Origin: Antedon mediterranea
Lineage: Eukaryota; Animalia; Echinodermata
Direction: 5' to 3'
Assembly (NCBI RefSeq): GCF_964355755.1
Contig: NC_092674.1
Coordinates: 5,580,001 to 5,644,000, forward strand
Length of the DNA stretch: 64,000 bases
Both the position numbers and the translations under genes were made by a program. Positions 1 through 23,606 of the stretch are shown in pieces; positions within the stretch are counted from its first letter, which is position 1, and each line of letters begins with the position of its first letter. The notes under the pieces were generated by a model. The model saw only the letters and a list, made by a program, of their open reading frames with translations, had not been told where the DNA came from and searched no databases.

Positions 1-149
1 TAGTTTGAATAATCCATCGTGTTTGATAGGTCGATTCGCTTAAATCCTTGCTTAATGAATGAATAGTGGTTTAAAAAAAATATCTTCTTGGCACTTTGCT
101 ATATGATTAATTTTTCTGTAAACATGTTTTTGGGGTTTTTTTTTCGTAG

Positions 150-10548
<10,399 letters not shown>

Positions 10549-11185
10549 GAACACTATTGATTCAGGAAAATCACGCGGTTTTTTGTTGTTTGTAGGGATA
10601 TATGAACCAAACAGTACTGAATTGTATGCCGATTTTCGATAAAACTACAAGCATCACATGATCAAATCAAGGTTTATTTATCAAAAAAGAAAAAAACATT
10701 TTTTTTATATCTTGCATTAAATGCATTGTTTTTAAGTTCATTCAATTTCTAAACATTTTTTTTTTCAATCATTTCAATTTAAAGTAACTTTTTTTTATTG
10801 TAACTGTAAAGTATGTAAATATAAATCTGCACTTAAATTTTTAACAATATTTTTATTTTGTTTTTATTTTGCGAAACTAACTTAAAGGCATGAAATGTTT
10901 CTAATCTAACATTTCGTACCTTTTACATAATGTCGGCAAATCTGCAACTTTTCAGCAAATCTTCATTTCTAAAATCTTATACAGTTGAATTCCTTTTTGT
11001 TTGCAATTGTGTTTCTTCCCCACGCCTTTGATAATGTTCGGCTTGGTGCGTTATATTATTATTTGGGTTTTTGTTTTTATAGTTTTATTTTTAAAAAGTT
11101 TTATACTAGACAATTGCGGAAATGCTGGAATCACAATATTCACAGTTTTGTGGTTTACACATTTAAAAAAAATTATATTAAAAAA

Positions 11186-11257
11186 AAAAATATTTTTCTG
11201 TAAAATATATTTTTCTGTAAAATATATTTTTCTGTAAAATATATTTTTCTGTAAAAT
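11186..11257. repeat. 17-bp tandem repeat (aaaatatatttttctgt) x~4
   Basis: Seen directly. Confidence 0.9.
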
Positions 11258-11415
11258 CTAAGTTGCTGGTTGCACCCTAAAACTTAATTGGAAATGCTGA
11301 TTTGTTAAGGCTGTGCTTTAAAAACTATAGAGTGCAGTATTAATTTATGTTCTCTTATGGGGAATTTTTATTTTTTTATTGTAACTTAACTAATTTGCAT
11401 ATTTCCTTTTTACAG

Positions 11416-11441
11416 ATCAAGATAAAGATTCTTTACAATAA
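11416..11441 (+). CDS. Candidate alternative last coding exon of the Tec kinase (DQDKDSLQ*)
   Basis: Strong acceptor with a branch-like ctaat and a pyrimidine tract ending tacag| at 11415. In phase with an internal donor TTAG|GTAATA at 10516/10517. Inferred; no transcript evidence. Confidence 0.5.
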
Positions 11442-12829
11442 TTATTTAAGGTATTAATATTACTTTTAGTTTTTAATTTTTGTTTTGTGGATACTAATTT
11501 ATGTGCGTTTGATATTCATTGTTAATTTTATTTCTTCATTTTCATTTTTCTTTTGTTTTTTTTTTAAGTTGTTCTAACTTTTCTAATGCTTCAGTTTAGC
11601 CATTGCATGCATATTAATACCATAGCTTCCGCTAATTTAGATTTAAGTAATTAAAATCTGACATTTATTATTTGAATCCTCGACGTATTTATAATAATAA
11701 TATGTTTGATTAAATAATTCAAAATTGTTTCTATATTCATATCTTATCTCTTATTCTCCCAATTACAAACACTTTATAGTACCATGTTGAATTAATGTTT
11801 TATCACAACAAATTTTAAAAAGCAAATTGAACTGACTTTTTTTGTCACCATTCGTTACTGTAATCTAGTTGTAAGTTTAAAACTAATTGTTAATGCTAAG
11901 TCAACTCTCTGAATCTTGGGCTGGCGTAATATGTCTGGTTTTCTGGAAAGGGTGGTATTCTAAATTTGTGTTTTAATGATAAAAAAGAATTTAAGCTGAG
12001 CTTTTTGGATAAAAAGAAAAGTCTGGTTTTAGGATTTTTCAGAGGCTTGGTATTGATAGAGTTGACTGTGTTAAGGAACAATCAATTCATTTATCTGTAT
12101 GCACCTCATACTACAGACATGAAAAAGGGAAAAATTTTAGAAAAAGCTTTAACTAGATGAATCAAAATGTAAAAAATATTGAACACTAAAATTAGCAATG
12201 TTTACTGAGCAATTATAAACAGTAATACAGTAAAATATAAATAAATATCAAATAAGTAATAAAAATTAATTTTAGAACTGGAATTACAATTACATGCAAA
12301 ATTACCTAATTACAATTAGAATAATATTCAACATACAATACACATATGGCGTAAATGAGCCGAGACAATTTAAACATTAAACAGTTTAGTTTTTTTGAGG
12401 ATCGGTCCCTATTATGTTATATATTGTTCTGTTTTTACAATACAATAGCAAATTAAACTCATAATTTTAGAGAATATATGTATAACTATTAGGCAAATAA
12501 GTTTTAAAACTGTAAGGATTCCATCAGAAAAAAATTAAACAAACATCAAATCCAAAAAACTAAATTATATACGTAGAAGCCATATTTGAAAATATTTGGT
12601 TTATTTATTTTGTCTACTTGCTTGTGTCCTATCATATATTAGATTTGCAGTGTACAAACAGTCAACTCTCCCAATATCGGACTTCCACTTCTGGAAAAAG
12701 AAAGTCTAATTTCAATTTAATAGTTTTAAGTAGTGGGAAAGAATTTGGAAATTTTTTATCTAAGGAAAAATCTTGTTTCAGTTTAAGGAAGTTTCGTATT
12801 GAAAGAGTTAGCTTTTGCTAATTCTTATA

Positions 12830-13150
12830 ATACCCTTTTCACATCTGCAAAATGTAACAACTTGTAACAAGTTGTTAGCAGGTTTACCTAGTGTGAATAC
12901 AGTTTTGAGGAAAATCTCCCATGAGAAAACACACAGTTGAGAGGCCTGTTTTTGTTTCGAGATGTTCTGAGATTTTACTGCGCACGCATGTTTTGCCCTG
13001 GTATTTAACTGACCTATCACAGTAATCAAATAGCGCGCAACTAAGCATTCCTTCCGAGATTTCTCAGGGTTCACATATGCGTGTATGAAAACATGTACTT
13101 AATCAAGAGATCAAACCTGGTTACAAGTTATGCAGATGTGAAAAGGGTAT
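12830..13150. mobile_element. TIR MITE, probably Harbinger-like
   Basis: Perfect 20-bp TIR atacccttttcacatctgca / tgcagatgtgaaaagggtat; TA or TWA flanks. Confidence 0.8.
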
Positions 13151-14997
13151 TAGTTGAACTAAATGATTCCACAAAAATAAACTTAAATGTGAATGTTTTT
13201 AGTGCATGGAAATTTGGCCAGGAGATGGTGGGGAATATAAGCAAAATAAAGTAATGTGGCAAATTATTGTAGATTAATTTCATAATTACAAATCAGGCAA
13301 TGTCATATAAATATATGAATATAATGATCGCATATTAATAATCGGGAACATTGTCATAATTCCTTCCTGATCTTTAATATGGTGTTTGTAGTGCGCTTGG
13401 AAAATCGGCATAAAGATGGCGGGGAAAATAATCAATCAATCAATCAATCAATCAAAGTAACATTTATTATTTATTATAAGAGGGGCAACATTCCTAAAAA
13501 GCAAAATATAACACTATATAAATATATAAATATAGATTAATTTTAATAATTACAATTCAGGCAAAATATTATACATATTTAAATGAAATGATAACATACA
13601 CGGTGATTGATATATTCTGAAAATAAATGATAAATTATAAAGTATATAAAGTCAGGACCATTTTCTTTAATTCCATTTCTTAGAAAGTTTATACAAAATA
13701 TCCTTTTGTCGGATTTAAAAATATACGTAGACTACGCAAGTTAGAAATATATATTACATCAGAGTAGTTAGTGTAGTAGTAGTTCACGCTGTATTGTTTA
13801 ATTACTTTTTTTTCTTCAATTTTATATACCTTATTTAATATAGTACACTATACAAGTAAATACTTATACTATGTTATTTAAACATAATCAGTGCATGTAT
13901 TGGTTATTTCTATGTTTCATAAATAGTTTACGAGAATTTTTATCATTAAAAATGATTATTTTTATCATTTAGAAATGACATTTTTATAACAAAGAAGTTT
14001 ATTGTTAATAAAACTTATTTTAGAGTAAAAAAAAACGAAGAAAAAACACTAATACTATATTTTTACATTTGTATATTTTGTTTTATAAGATAAAAGTTAA
14101 TTATAAAATTGGTGGGGATTATATATGCAAGTGAATACATTTTTCTATTTTGCAACCATTACATATTGTATTTTTGTTTTTGTAAGTAATGATAATGTTA
14201 GTGTTTATAATACATGTATTTTGGATGTACCAATAAATTTTCATGAATTTGTAACAATGTTCTTCATATCTCATTTCATTCATCTCATTGAATATATTAC
14301 TAATACTGTTCTGATCCCTTTAACACATAATTAGGTTATGTTACAACAGGGATATCTATTACCAGAATTGAGCCCTCTTCCTCTTTCTGCTACATCATCG
14401 TCAATAAACAACATGTTCAACTTTTTTGTTACCAAGTCAAACTGGTTTGCTGCCCTCTGTAAATTTAGTATTTTTTCCTATCATTGTTGTATTATCCTTT
14501 AATTTATGCTCAAGAACCATCTTCTTGTTTTTAGTTACTTCTTTTTTCCTATCTTTTCTTTTGATTTTAAATTCTTTGTGCTTTATTTTATCTTTATAAA
14601 TTATATTTATTTTAATTTTATTTCTATTGTTAATGTTACATGTTTATGTCTTGTCATGATGTATTTCTGTGAGGATCCCTAATGATCAGCTTCGGCTGTT
14701 TGGACCACGCTCGTAAAATATTGTTGAAATAAATAACTAAAATATATCGCAGTCATTCATATGTCCAACATAATGTACAGTCGAATCAAGTGTTTCCAGA
14801 ATATGGTGTCGTCCTAAAAGTGGGTTCTAAAAATATGTTGACTCTACTAACTTCTTTGTTGTATTATGCATATCAAATTCAAGTCAATCTATGCATATAG
14901 TACTATATAAAGAAAATGTTCATGTTATAGCGAATATATTTTACTGATCATTACAAAACCATTGAGTGGAGGTGGTGGCTGTTGATGTTAAATGACT

Positions 14998-15083
14998 GTT
15001 CACCACTGCTGGACGAAAGCCTCAGCATATTTCTGCCATAGTGAACGATCTCTAGCTGCTCCCTGCCACTGCATTGTGCCCCA
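14998..15083 (-). mobile_element. RTE-clade LINE ORF C-terminal remnant
   Basis: WQGAARDRSLWQKYAEAFVQQW* matches the RTE C-terminal W..xAxDR..W....EAxVQQW pattern. Confidence 0.65.
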
Positions 15084-15483
15084 AAGACTGTAACCTAAGT
15101 CAAATTTATTTTGAAAGCACATGAAAATACGAAGAAAGTAAGTAATAATCCATAGAGACGTACCCACATAACAAGAGTAAGGTAACTTAGGCATATCAGC
15201 TGACAACTCACATCTATTTTATTGCCATTTGATGGATGTCAGGCGCTTTAAAAAATTTTTTTTTTTAATTTACCTAATTTTTCCTGCACTAATTTTGGGA
15301 CCAATCGCAAACATTTTTCTTTGTATAGTACTTCTACAGTATATATTTATAAAAAGGACTAGCAGAATGACTTGTACAGAATAAAGGTATGTCTCCATGG
15401 TATGTCAATATTGCGCATGATAAAAAATCTTTGTATGCGCATGACGATACTTGCAATTATGACAGATTATATGGTTGTTTTTA

Positions 15484-15675
15484 AGCGTGGTTCCCACTAG
15501 AACCCAGCTACGTATCGACGCAAATGCCGTATTGCGTAATCACAAGTGGGAACCAACGATGCAATAGTGCTGCAAACATCGCAGGTTTTATTTCATGCAG
15601 GCGGGGGAAAACACAATTATTAGAAGGGCATTTGCTTATGTTGCGTTACATTGCGTCGCTAGTGGGAACCAAGCT
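15484..15675. mobile_element. PIF/Harbinger-like MITE related to family E
   Basis: TIR agc(g/t)tggttcccactag / ctagtgggaaccaagct; TTA on both flanks. Confidence 0.75.
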
Positions 15676-18182
15676 TTACCCTAAAGAAACGATTTTTATC
15701 ACATTTTGAAAATAGACCGTTTGAATAATACAGACGCTTGAGTCTGTTACACAATATCAATTTATTAGTTACAGCAATCTAGTGACGGCTATGCGGCCCA
15801 TGTAAATCACTCTGTCTGAAACAAATTAACGACTATGATATATTTGATTTATTCATTTTATTTAGAAGCTAGGCAAGTTAATTAACCTGATCTATAAAAG
15901 GTAGGTCAAACTCCATCAAACTATCACTGCTGGCTCTCCACTAATGAACTAGTCGATATAACTCTTCCGATTTTAAAGTTATCATGTGTGTGTGACGTTA
16001 GTTGTAACATGGATTAACATATGTTAGAATGGATATATCATTGTTTGCATAACACATTAATATGTTGGCGACATTTGATATACAAATTTGGAAAGCTTTG
16101 GTGTGACTAAATTAATATTCATGCTGATCATTCTGCAATGTGTTAATGTACAGTACTACTATATAATATACATCATAATTAAACAATGGCATCTCCAATA
16201 TTAATGTTTGAAATTATTCGGTGGATCTTTTTAAATGTATTGTCATAATTTATTAACAGTAGTGCCGGTGATGGTGTAGATTGTCTAAAAATTGTGGTTC
16301 CAGGATCAGAGTAGAAAAGTTGCATTTCTCTATGATAGTAGGTCTACTCTCATGATCTTTGAAAGGCTTTTTGAAACAATAAAGGTGGTGATACTTGTCT
16401 AGATTCAGGGTATAAAAGTAGTTGGTAAACTGTCTGTTTGGAAGGCTTTTAAAACAAAAATAGTGATAATAGCATCCCCGATCTCCTTTAAAACAAGAAA
16501 TCTTACAAAAAATGCAGCTCATCTCGCGATCACTACTGTGTACATGCATTTCAATATTTATCAGCAAATGTTTTCATAGACGGTCTTTTCCCAGACGTGC
16601 TTTAGGGTGTGCGCATGCCCAGCCCGAGTTTTTAAATACCCATTTTTTTCAGCTGTAGTAAACTATTACCTACCGCGTTGTAACTCTTTCCTAATGCTAC
16701 CGTTCTCTTTAATATAACTGATTCATTTTGGGTACTTGTTAAATACTTTGTAAACACTGTTACCAATTCATTGACCCATCCATTTCTTTTAAACTTGTTC
16801 GTTGACACCATTGATTAATTTGTTATTGTATGTCTTTACTACTGGTATTTGGTTCTTTTAACACTTGTTTTTCTGGTCAATTATCACAAAGTGATTACAA
16901 CACATGTGTTAGAGAATTTCAATAATTGCCGTTCTACTTCAAAGAACAGTTTGACCGCTAGGTCAATGAACATAGGAGCAAAGGCCATTAAAATGTTTCT
17001 TTAGTTTGCACCAAATTAAAAACAGTTTGTCTTTCTCTGTCATGGGTATAATTCATTCAAAATTTAATTTATTAATCAATCAGTGTAATTTATATAGGAT
17101 TGTCCCTATGAGCTGTGAAAATTGTAAATCAAAGTTTAAAGTATGTGTAATATGTAGGTAAAGTGAGAAATAAATACAGTGGGTCATATCACGGTCAAAC
17201 ACTACATGGGTATATTGACACATGTGAGCCTGATAAACAAATACAAATAGTATTGGTTATAAAATTATTTAATATGAATGGCAAGTAATCGTTGCAACAT
17301 GCACATAAAAGGAGAACATAAAAAAGGAACATTGGGATGCTCTGAAAGGGCCAAATACACATGTCTCAAAATCGTAATTGAAAAACAAAATAGAGAGGGA
17401 GTGAGTAGGAAAAATCGAACAAAATGGGGGTAAGATAAGGTGCGAGATAAATTCCAGTCAAAGTATATTGTGTGAGTACACACAGCCTATAAGTGTATGA
17501 GGATAAAATGAACTGGTAAATGTGAAAGTTAAAATTATTTTACTTCGCCAAAAACTGGCGTGGTAATCTGTTGACAGCGTGAGTTGAAAATTTAGAGGTG
17601 CTCCCGCTGTCAAAAGATGATTGCGAGGGCGCCCCGCAATCACGTGATTATTGCAGACCTGCAGTAGATCAACATAAAACGTGTATTATGATAACAATTT
17701 AGACATGGTTTTACAGTAAAATCATCTTCTATAGACACTCCTATTAAAAAGGGAAGTTTTCTGTAAAATTAACAAGAGGTAATATATATTTGAACACGGT
17801 CAACACGATAATTTATGTTTAATTTGGTAAGTAGTTTCAAATAGGAGTCCAAACAGCAATCTTTATAAAGTAGGTTAGCATCTGCCCCCTAAGGTGTCCT
17901 TCCCCCAAATAAATTGTATGTAATTATTGCACGAAACGCAAGGAAATTGATTAATTTAAAGAGGATATTTTTCGATAAACTTTAACAAACTGTATTTCTT
18001 TTTATTATTACCCCCGCATGATAGGGTAAGTGCTAAATAACTAGATTGACTAAATAGATTTATTTGCTTAATGTCCTGTAATAATGTCACTTTGAAAAGA
18101 GGAAATTTATTCTTTACCATTTAAAACTGTTTAGATTGGTTTGTACAAAGACATCAGATTTGCTATATGAAAATAAAGTGAA

Positions 18183-18613
18183 AACTAGAAATGAATGAAT
18201 ATGAATATTTAACAGGAACCTAGTTAATGTCATTTTATTTTTGTTTAACGTATTTTTTTTGTGCTGAAAGTGAATGACCAAAAGTACAAATTACCTTTTC
18301 CAAGTTAATTTTATTCGTTTTGCAGACAATACATCTTTAATGTGTCCCTAATTAGCTAGAGTTCACTATAACATTTAATACATCCATCTATATTCTATAA
18401 CTAGAAATGAATGAATATAAATATTTAACAGGAACCTAGTTAATGTCATTTTATTTTTGTTTAATGTATTTTTTTTTGTGCTGAAAGTGAATGACCAAAA
18501 GTACAAATTACCTTTTACAAGTTAATTTTATTCGTTTTGCAGACAATACATCTTTAATGTGTCCCTAATTAGCTAGAGTTCACTATAACATGTAATACAT
18601 CCATCTATATTCT
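18183..18613. repeat. Near-identical tandem duplication, ~216-bp unit x2
   Basis: 18183-18396 and 18399-18613 differ at only a few positions. Confidence 0.92.
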
Positions 18614-19289
18614 TTTCCTCCCCTGAATTAGGAATTTTTTGTCTTTTGTTGACAAATTCATTATTAAGAAACCTTACTATAAATCTGAACTTTACTAATG
18701 ATTCTTTCAGTTCTTTGATTCCAAAATACTGCACCTATTCTGCAAGCTCCTAAATCTTTAATCAAATGAGCAAGCTATTGTTCTTAATCATCTCCTGAAT
18801 TAAGGAGGACACATGTCTACAACCAGGTGTTGACAGTACTTTGTTCACAGTTGATAATCAGATGAAATATTTTTGTGATATTTTGTCCCCAATTACAATG
18901 TGTGATCTGGTTTTTGTGACAATGACCTGGTATTGGGGACATGGTTTTAAATTTCCTGGTTTTATTATCATAAAATTGGATGGAATTGGTGAGGTTATTT
19001 CAGGTCAACAAAATACTTCTTTATTTTGCTTTGATGCACTTGAAAATAAGAATGTCTCCCTCTGGAGATGTAAACCTTCCAACTGCATCACAAACTGGTT
19101 TCTACATACTATCTTTACGACAGGTTTGTAGTTCTCTTTTAAAATCTTAGCTACAGGTGATGTATAAATATAAATTGCTTTTTAGTGATCTCTCTCCTAC
19201 AGTACAGACTTCTTCCAGAACTTGTCTTCCTCAGCGAATCGTTTCTGTTCGTTGATGCCCTTGCCTAGGTAGCCTACTTCTTGCATATG

Positions 19290-19400
19290 GTGATGTGATA
19301 TCCTCTCTCCATCTGTTTTTGTCTTTCCCGATGTCTTGTGCTGGTTCTTGGTTATCATTCTGTTGTCTTCCCATCTTGCTAAATGGCCTGCCAGATTTTT
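19290..19400 (-). mobile_element. RTE-like LINE fragment
   Basis: Minus-strand remnants AGHLARWEDNR and RWREDI. Confidence 0.5.
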
Positions 19401-20688
19401 GCAACTTTCAATCCAGTTATTTTTAATTTATGCATGCATCGGTATGATGTCCTGCTCATCAATTTCTAAGCCAATATCTTGACTGATGGTTGGACCACAT
19501 TGTCTGCAAATCTCATAATTGCTGTTTGAGCAAGGCAATCTAACAGGACACTGAGCTCGCCTTGCCAAGAAAGGAACTCCTAACAGTCCTTTAATATAAT
19601 TACTGGCTGCGACAAATACCAATTATTCTTTGCAGCATGCAGTATTTGTTAAGGGATGTGGAACTGATCATGTCGCAGCCACAGATAAACCCTTTGATCT
19701 CCGGAACCCAGTGTCCAGTTGTTAGATTGTCTTGCTTTGTTCAAATCCTGATGCCACCTCTGGTCTGCCGAGAGTCAAATGCCTTCTCGTAAGCTATACA
19801 TTTTTAATGACTTGATATATCTGGTTTTTGATACTAAACTTCTCAGTTATGTAAAACAAATATATAGGTCTCCATTACGAAAAGCCATATTTCCCATTTA
19901 TATAATCAATATATAATTTTGCATTAGGACATAGCCATATATTATATTTATAAAACAATAAAAATATAGATCTGCATTTACGACATATAATCATATTTCC
20001 CATTCCCATGTTATTTGGCCAAATATATGAATCATATATTTATCATGTGTATAAAGTGTCAAGGGATACGCCCTTACATTACAGCGTGTCAGATTTTTTT
20101 CCCTACGCTGATATAAGTGTCAGTAGCGATATATGTTTTGCTTATTTGTTCTTGGCTTAGCTAGAAGGTATAATTTTGAAACTAAATACACTTTAGTAAA
20201 TTTAGCTTCAGTGTACTATTAGTACAATAGTCATCAGCACAATCCAGATGGAATCAGCAGTTTTTTTTTGGATACATTCAAATGACAAATGTGTCCCTAA
20301 CGTGTAATGGCAGAATGGATCTAAGTGCTCTACGGCCACCTTGAGGGACATTTTCGTAAAACTGTGTCAAATAAGAAAATTATGATATTGAAAAGTCAAC
20401 ATGTTCAGCGTTTAAAAAATACAATAGAAATCCAGGAATTTTCTTCATTTTGGCTTTTGTTTTCTAGTTTATGCATTATTTTTGAGTTTGAGCTGAATTA
20501 AAGTTTTAGAAAAGGTTTATCATTAATTTGAAATATTCATCAATAATCTTGTGAACCAGGTTGGTACTGTATACATAACAGGTTGAAGAAACGTTTATGT
20601 AAAAATCTTTGTGTTCCAAAATAGCATTGTTTCAAATTAACAGAAGACAAAAGCTGTTAAAAGGTTAAAAGGATAAATAACATAAAGT

Positions 20689-21380
20689 AACTAGAAAGCC
20701 ACTCCGAGAGGGCATACCTCCGCCTACTGTAAAATTCTCCTACATAAGATTTCTCCGGTAAAAAAAAATATATATATATTTGTGCGTGTCTTAATGCAGT
20801 TTGTGATTTAGGCTAATTTCATTACAAGCATGTGTATGCGAGTTTGGTGTAATGGTTATGTAACAAGCCTTTCAATTAACAATAGCTTCAGTCGACTAAC
20901 AATAGAACAGCAACGCGAAAATCAAACGAGTGAATTTGAAAAGAAATAGGTTTTTTAAACTACCTGCATCAAAAACGTGCACATTAAATCAGATTATGTT
21001 TTAAAATTACAAATCACAAATTATACCTCTTCCCTCTTGTTAAAAAATGAAGTTTTTTGGACAAGTAGTTCTCAAGAAAATGCAATTTCAGTTTACTTGT
21101 TACTTTAAGACTGCTCGCCGGCTTTTGAAAAATTCTGTCCTATCTTTTAACACTAGCAGGTCTAAAAAAGTATACTAAAAAGTGGTCCAGAATTGGAACT
21201 GTGGTCCCAAATGGTCCCAAATGGTCCCAAAATTTAATGGAATGGTCCTTGACCACATATTTATATGTCTATTCATTTTGGTAAAGATCTTGTAATTACT
21301 TTTTGAGTAATCCTGCTAACAAACAAACAAACAAACAAACACACGCTACCGATTACATATACCTCCTTCGCGGAGGTAAA
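20689..21380 (-). mobile_element. Helentron/DINE-1-like non-autonomous element (family C copy 1, both ends present)
   Basis: AACTAG, hairpin gccactccgagagggc and subTIR acctccgc at the left; (AAAC)n microsatellite and terminal palindrome acctcc-ttcgc-ggaggt at the right; inverted copy at 31201-31804. Confidence 0.82.
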
Positions 21381-21445
21381 TAAAACCACTATTCACCAGA
21401 GATGTGTCCAACTCCTTTTAACAGACCTTTTAAAATACCCTTAAC

Positions 21446-21619
21446 CAGGCACGGATTTAGGCGGGGGATAAGCAGGCTTTAACCCCACCTAAAATTTAAC
21501 AGCCATGTCTTTTTAAAATAAAATGATTTTTTTCTGCAACCTGACTGTTCTTTTTTATAATTTATAAAATATTTACCCCCCCCCCCCACAACTAATCTAT
21601 AATGCTGGATCCACCCCTG
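21446..21619. mobile_element. hAT-like MITE (CAGG...CCTG ends)
   Basis: caggcacggattt / ggatccacccctg imperfect TIR; ttaac duplicated at both flanks (5 bp rather than the usual 8). Confidence 0.5.
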
Positions 21620-22504
21620 TTAACCATAACACGCATACATTTGTTTTTTACAAGTGATACTCGGTAGTAAAGGATTAATTCTTTACTTAACTGAAATTGC
21701 ATGTGAAGAGTCAATAAAGAAAATACATTATGTCAAAACTCTTTACAAAATCAAAATAAGACTGGTTGATTTAGCAAAACAAAAAATTACTTATATCAGT
21801 TGTCACAAAAAGTTAAATTAATTTTGATCATGACATTTTTCCTTCTTTCTAGGGTGTGGATACCCTTAGGATGCTGTTAATTTATTTCATGTCAGTGACG
21901 ATAATTATATCTTAAATATGATTTAGATATCATATCAAAAAATATCAGATTGTCAATTATGACAGTTGATATTATTTGATCATACAAATGCTTTCATACG
22001 TCTTTAAAATTGGAATAAAAATATTTAAATTTGTCATTTTGGAAAATCTAATCATCCTTTAAAATTGAAAAACTGAAATAAATGTAATGAATTGCTCTAT
22101 TAAAAAAACTATTGTTCAAAATGTATGCCTTAAATGTTACAAGAGAGAATCATTGTTATATATTTTTTTTTTAATAGTTTGTTTTTGAAAGCTATTACGC
22201 AAAATTAGTTTTGAAAGAATTACAAATTTGCCCTTTTAAGATTCAATATTGGTCAACCATTTATCTTCAGACTTCTCCTTTATTTCAGGGGTTGTCATTT
22301 TTAGTTCTGAAATAGATAAATCTATTAATTAACATCCCATTTTCAAAAGCTGGTAAATTGTTTAAATTGTCCTTTTAGGAATAACTCTGTGAACTATGTT
22401 ATTAACGTATGCAATTTAACATTTTCAATTTTATCTATCTTTGGCAACCAATCCAGGCTGGATAAATCCTAATTATTGTACTATACATCCTATGTATAAT
22501 GTGT

Positions 22505-22775
22505 CAGGTCAGGTCATCATGTTAACTAAAATCATGTCATTGTGCTAACTAAGGTCATGTCATATGTTAACTAAGGTCATGTCATGTTAACCAAGGTGTT
22601 ATGTTAACTAAGGTCATGTCATGTTAACCAAGGTCATGTCATTATGTTAACCAAGGTGTTATTATGTTAACTAATGTCTTGTCATATGTTAACTTGGGAC
22701 ATATTATGTTAACTAAGGATATGTCATTATGTTAACAATGCCTTGGTAACTGAGGTCATGTCATCATATTAACTC
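22505..22775. repeat. Degenerate ~20-23-bp minisatellite (atgttaac(t/c)aaggtcatgtc)
   Basis: Seen directly; about a dozen units. Confidence 0.88.
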
Positions 22776-23458
22776 CTATCATTCCATCGGGGCAAATCAA
22801 CTCAGGACGTTTCCCGTTGGGTAACATACTGTGTAAAAAACTTTATATGAAGGTTCCTTTCCATATTAAATCTATGAAAATATAAAATTAATATTTAGTA
22901 CAATAGTAAGTTTGTAGTTTTTGAAAATATTGTAAACCGAATGTGATTGGTAACTTTAATAGTATGTATTTCCACAATGTATCTCAACAAGCTGATGAAA
23001 AATGAAGAGATTTATTTAAACCCCTCTAGGGACAATAGAACATGATAAATTTACAATTTTTTCTATTTTTTTTTCTCTGGTTTTTATCGTATGGTAATCT
23101 GGCATATTTCCATAAACTTGTGCAGGGAATCAAACAGCATTTCCCGAACCTAATCCCTGCGGAATGATGACAACAAATGTTGCAGTAGATTTATGACATG
23201 ATTTGATATGATCAGACACTCACTTTATTCAGTGTGGTATAAATAAACACAATACAGATACTCAAAATTAATAAATGCATCAAAGTTTACACAACTGGTT
23301 ACTATTAAAGTGGAATCTGTATTGTATATACCAATATCAGGGAATGTCAAAGTTCAAATGATGTTCTTGTTTATACAAAAGTTACTACAGTACTGCAAAA
23401 AAAAAAATGAAAAAATTGAAAACATAGTCATAATAACACCCCTTATAGTTAAATGAAT

Positions 23459-23606
23459 CAAGGCCGTAGCGAGAGGTTAAAAACAGACGAGGAAATCCGA
23501 AAAGGTACTTTAAATATAATGATTATCAATATATAATATGACGATCTGTGCTGGGGATGGGGTGGGTTGCGTTTGCCTCGTCTACCTCCTGCTGGCTACG
23601 GCCCTG
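23459..23606. mobile_element. hAT-like MITE
   Basis: TIR caaggccgtagc / gctacggccctg plus inner inverted agacgagg / cctcgtct; no TSD evident. Confidence 0.55.

Noticed and set aside
14200-14740. Possible decayed CR1-group LINE 3' end with cagcttcggctg hairpin and aaata tail
   Set aside because: Too degraded to give a protein motif or firm boundaries
22505-22775. CRISPR-like or spacer array (also considered for 27911-28417 and 40668-41440)
   Set aside because: No unique spacers between repeats, eukaryotic context and no cas genes
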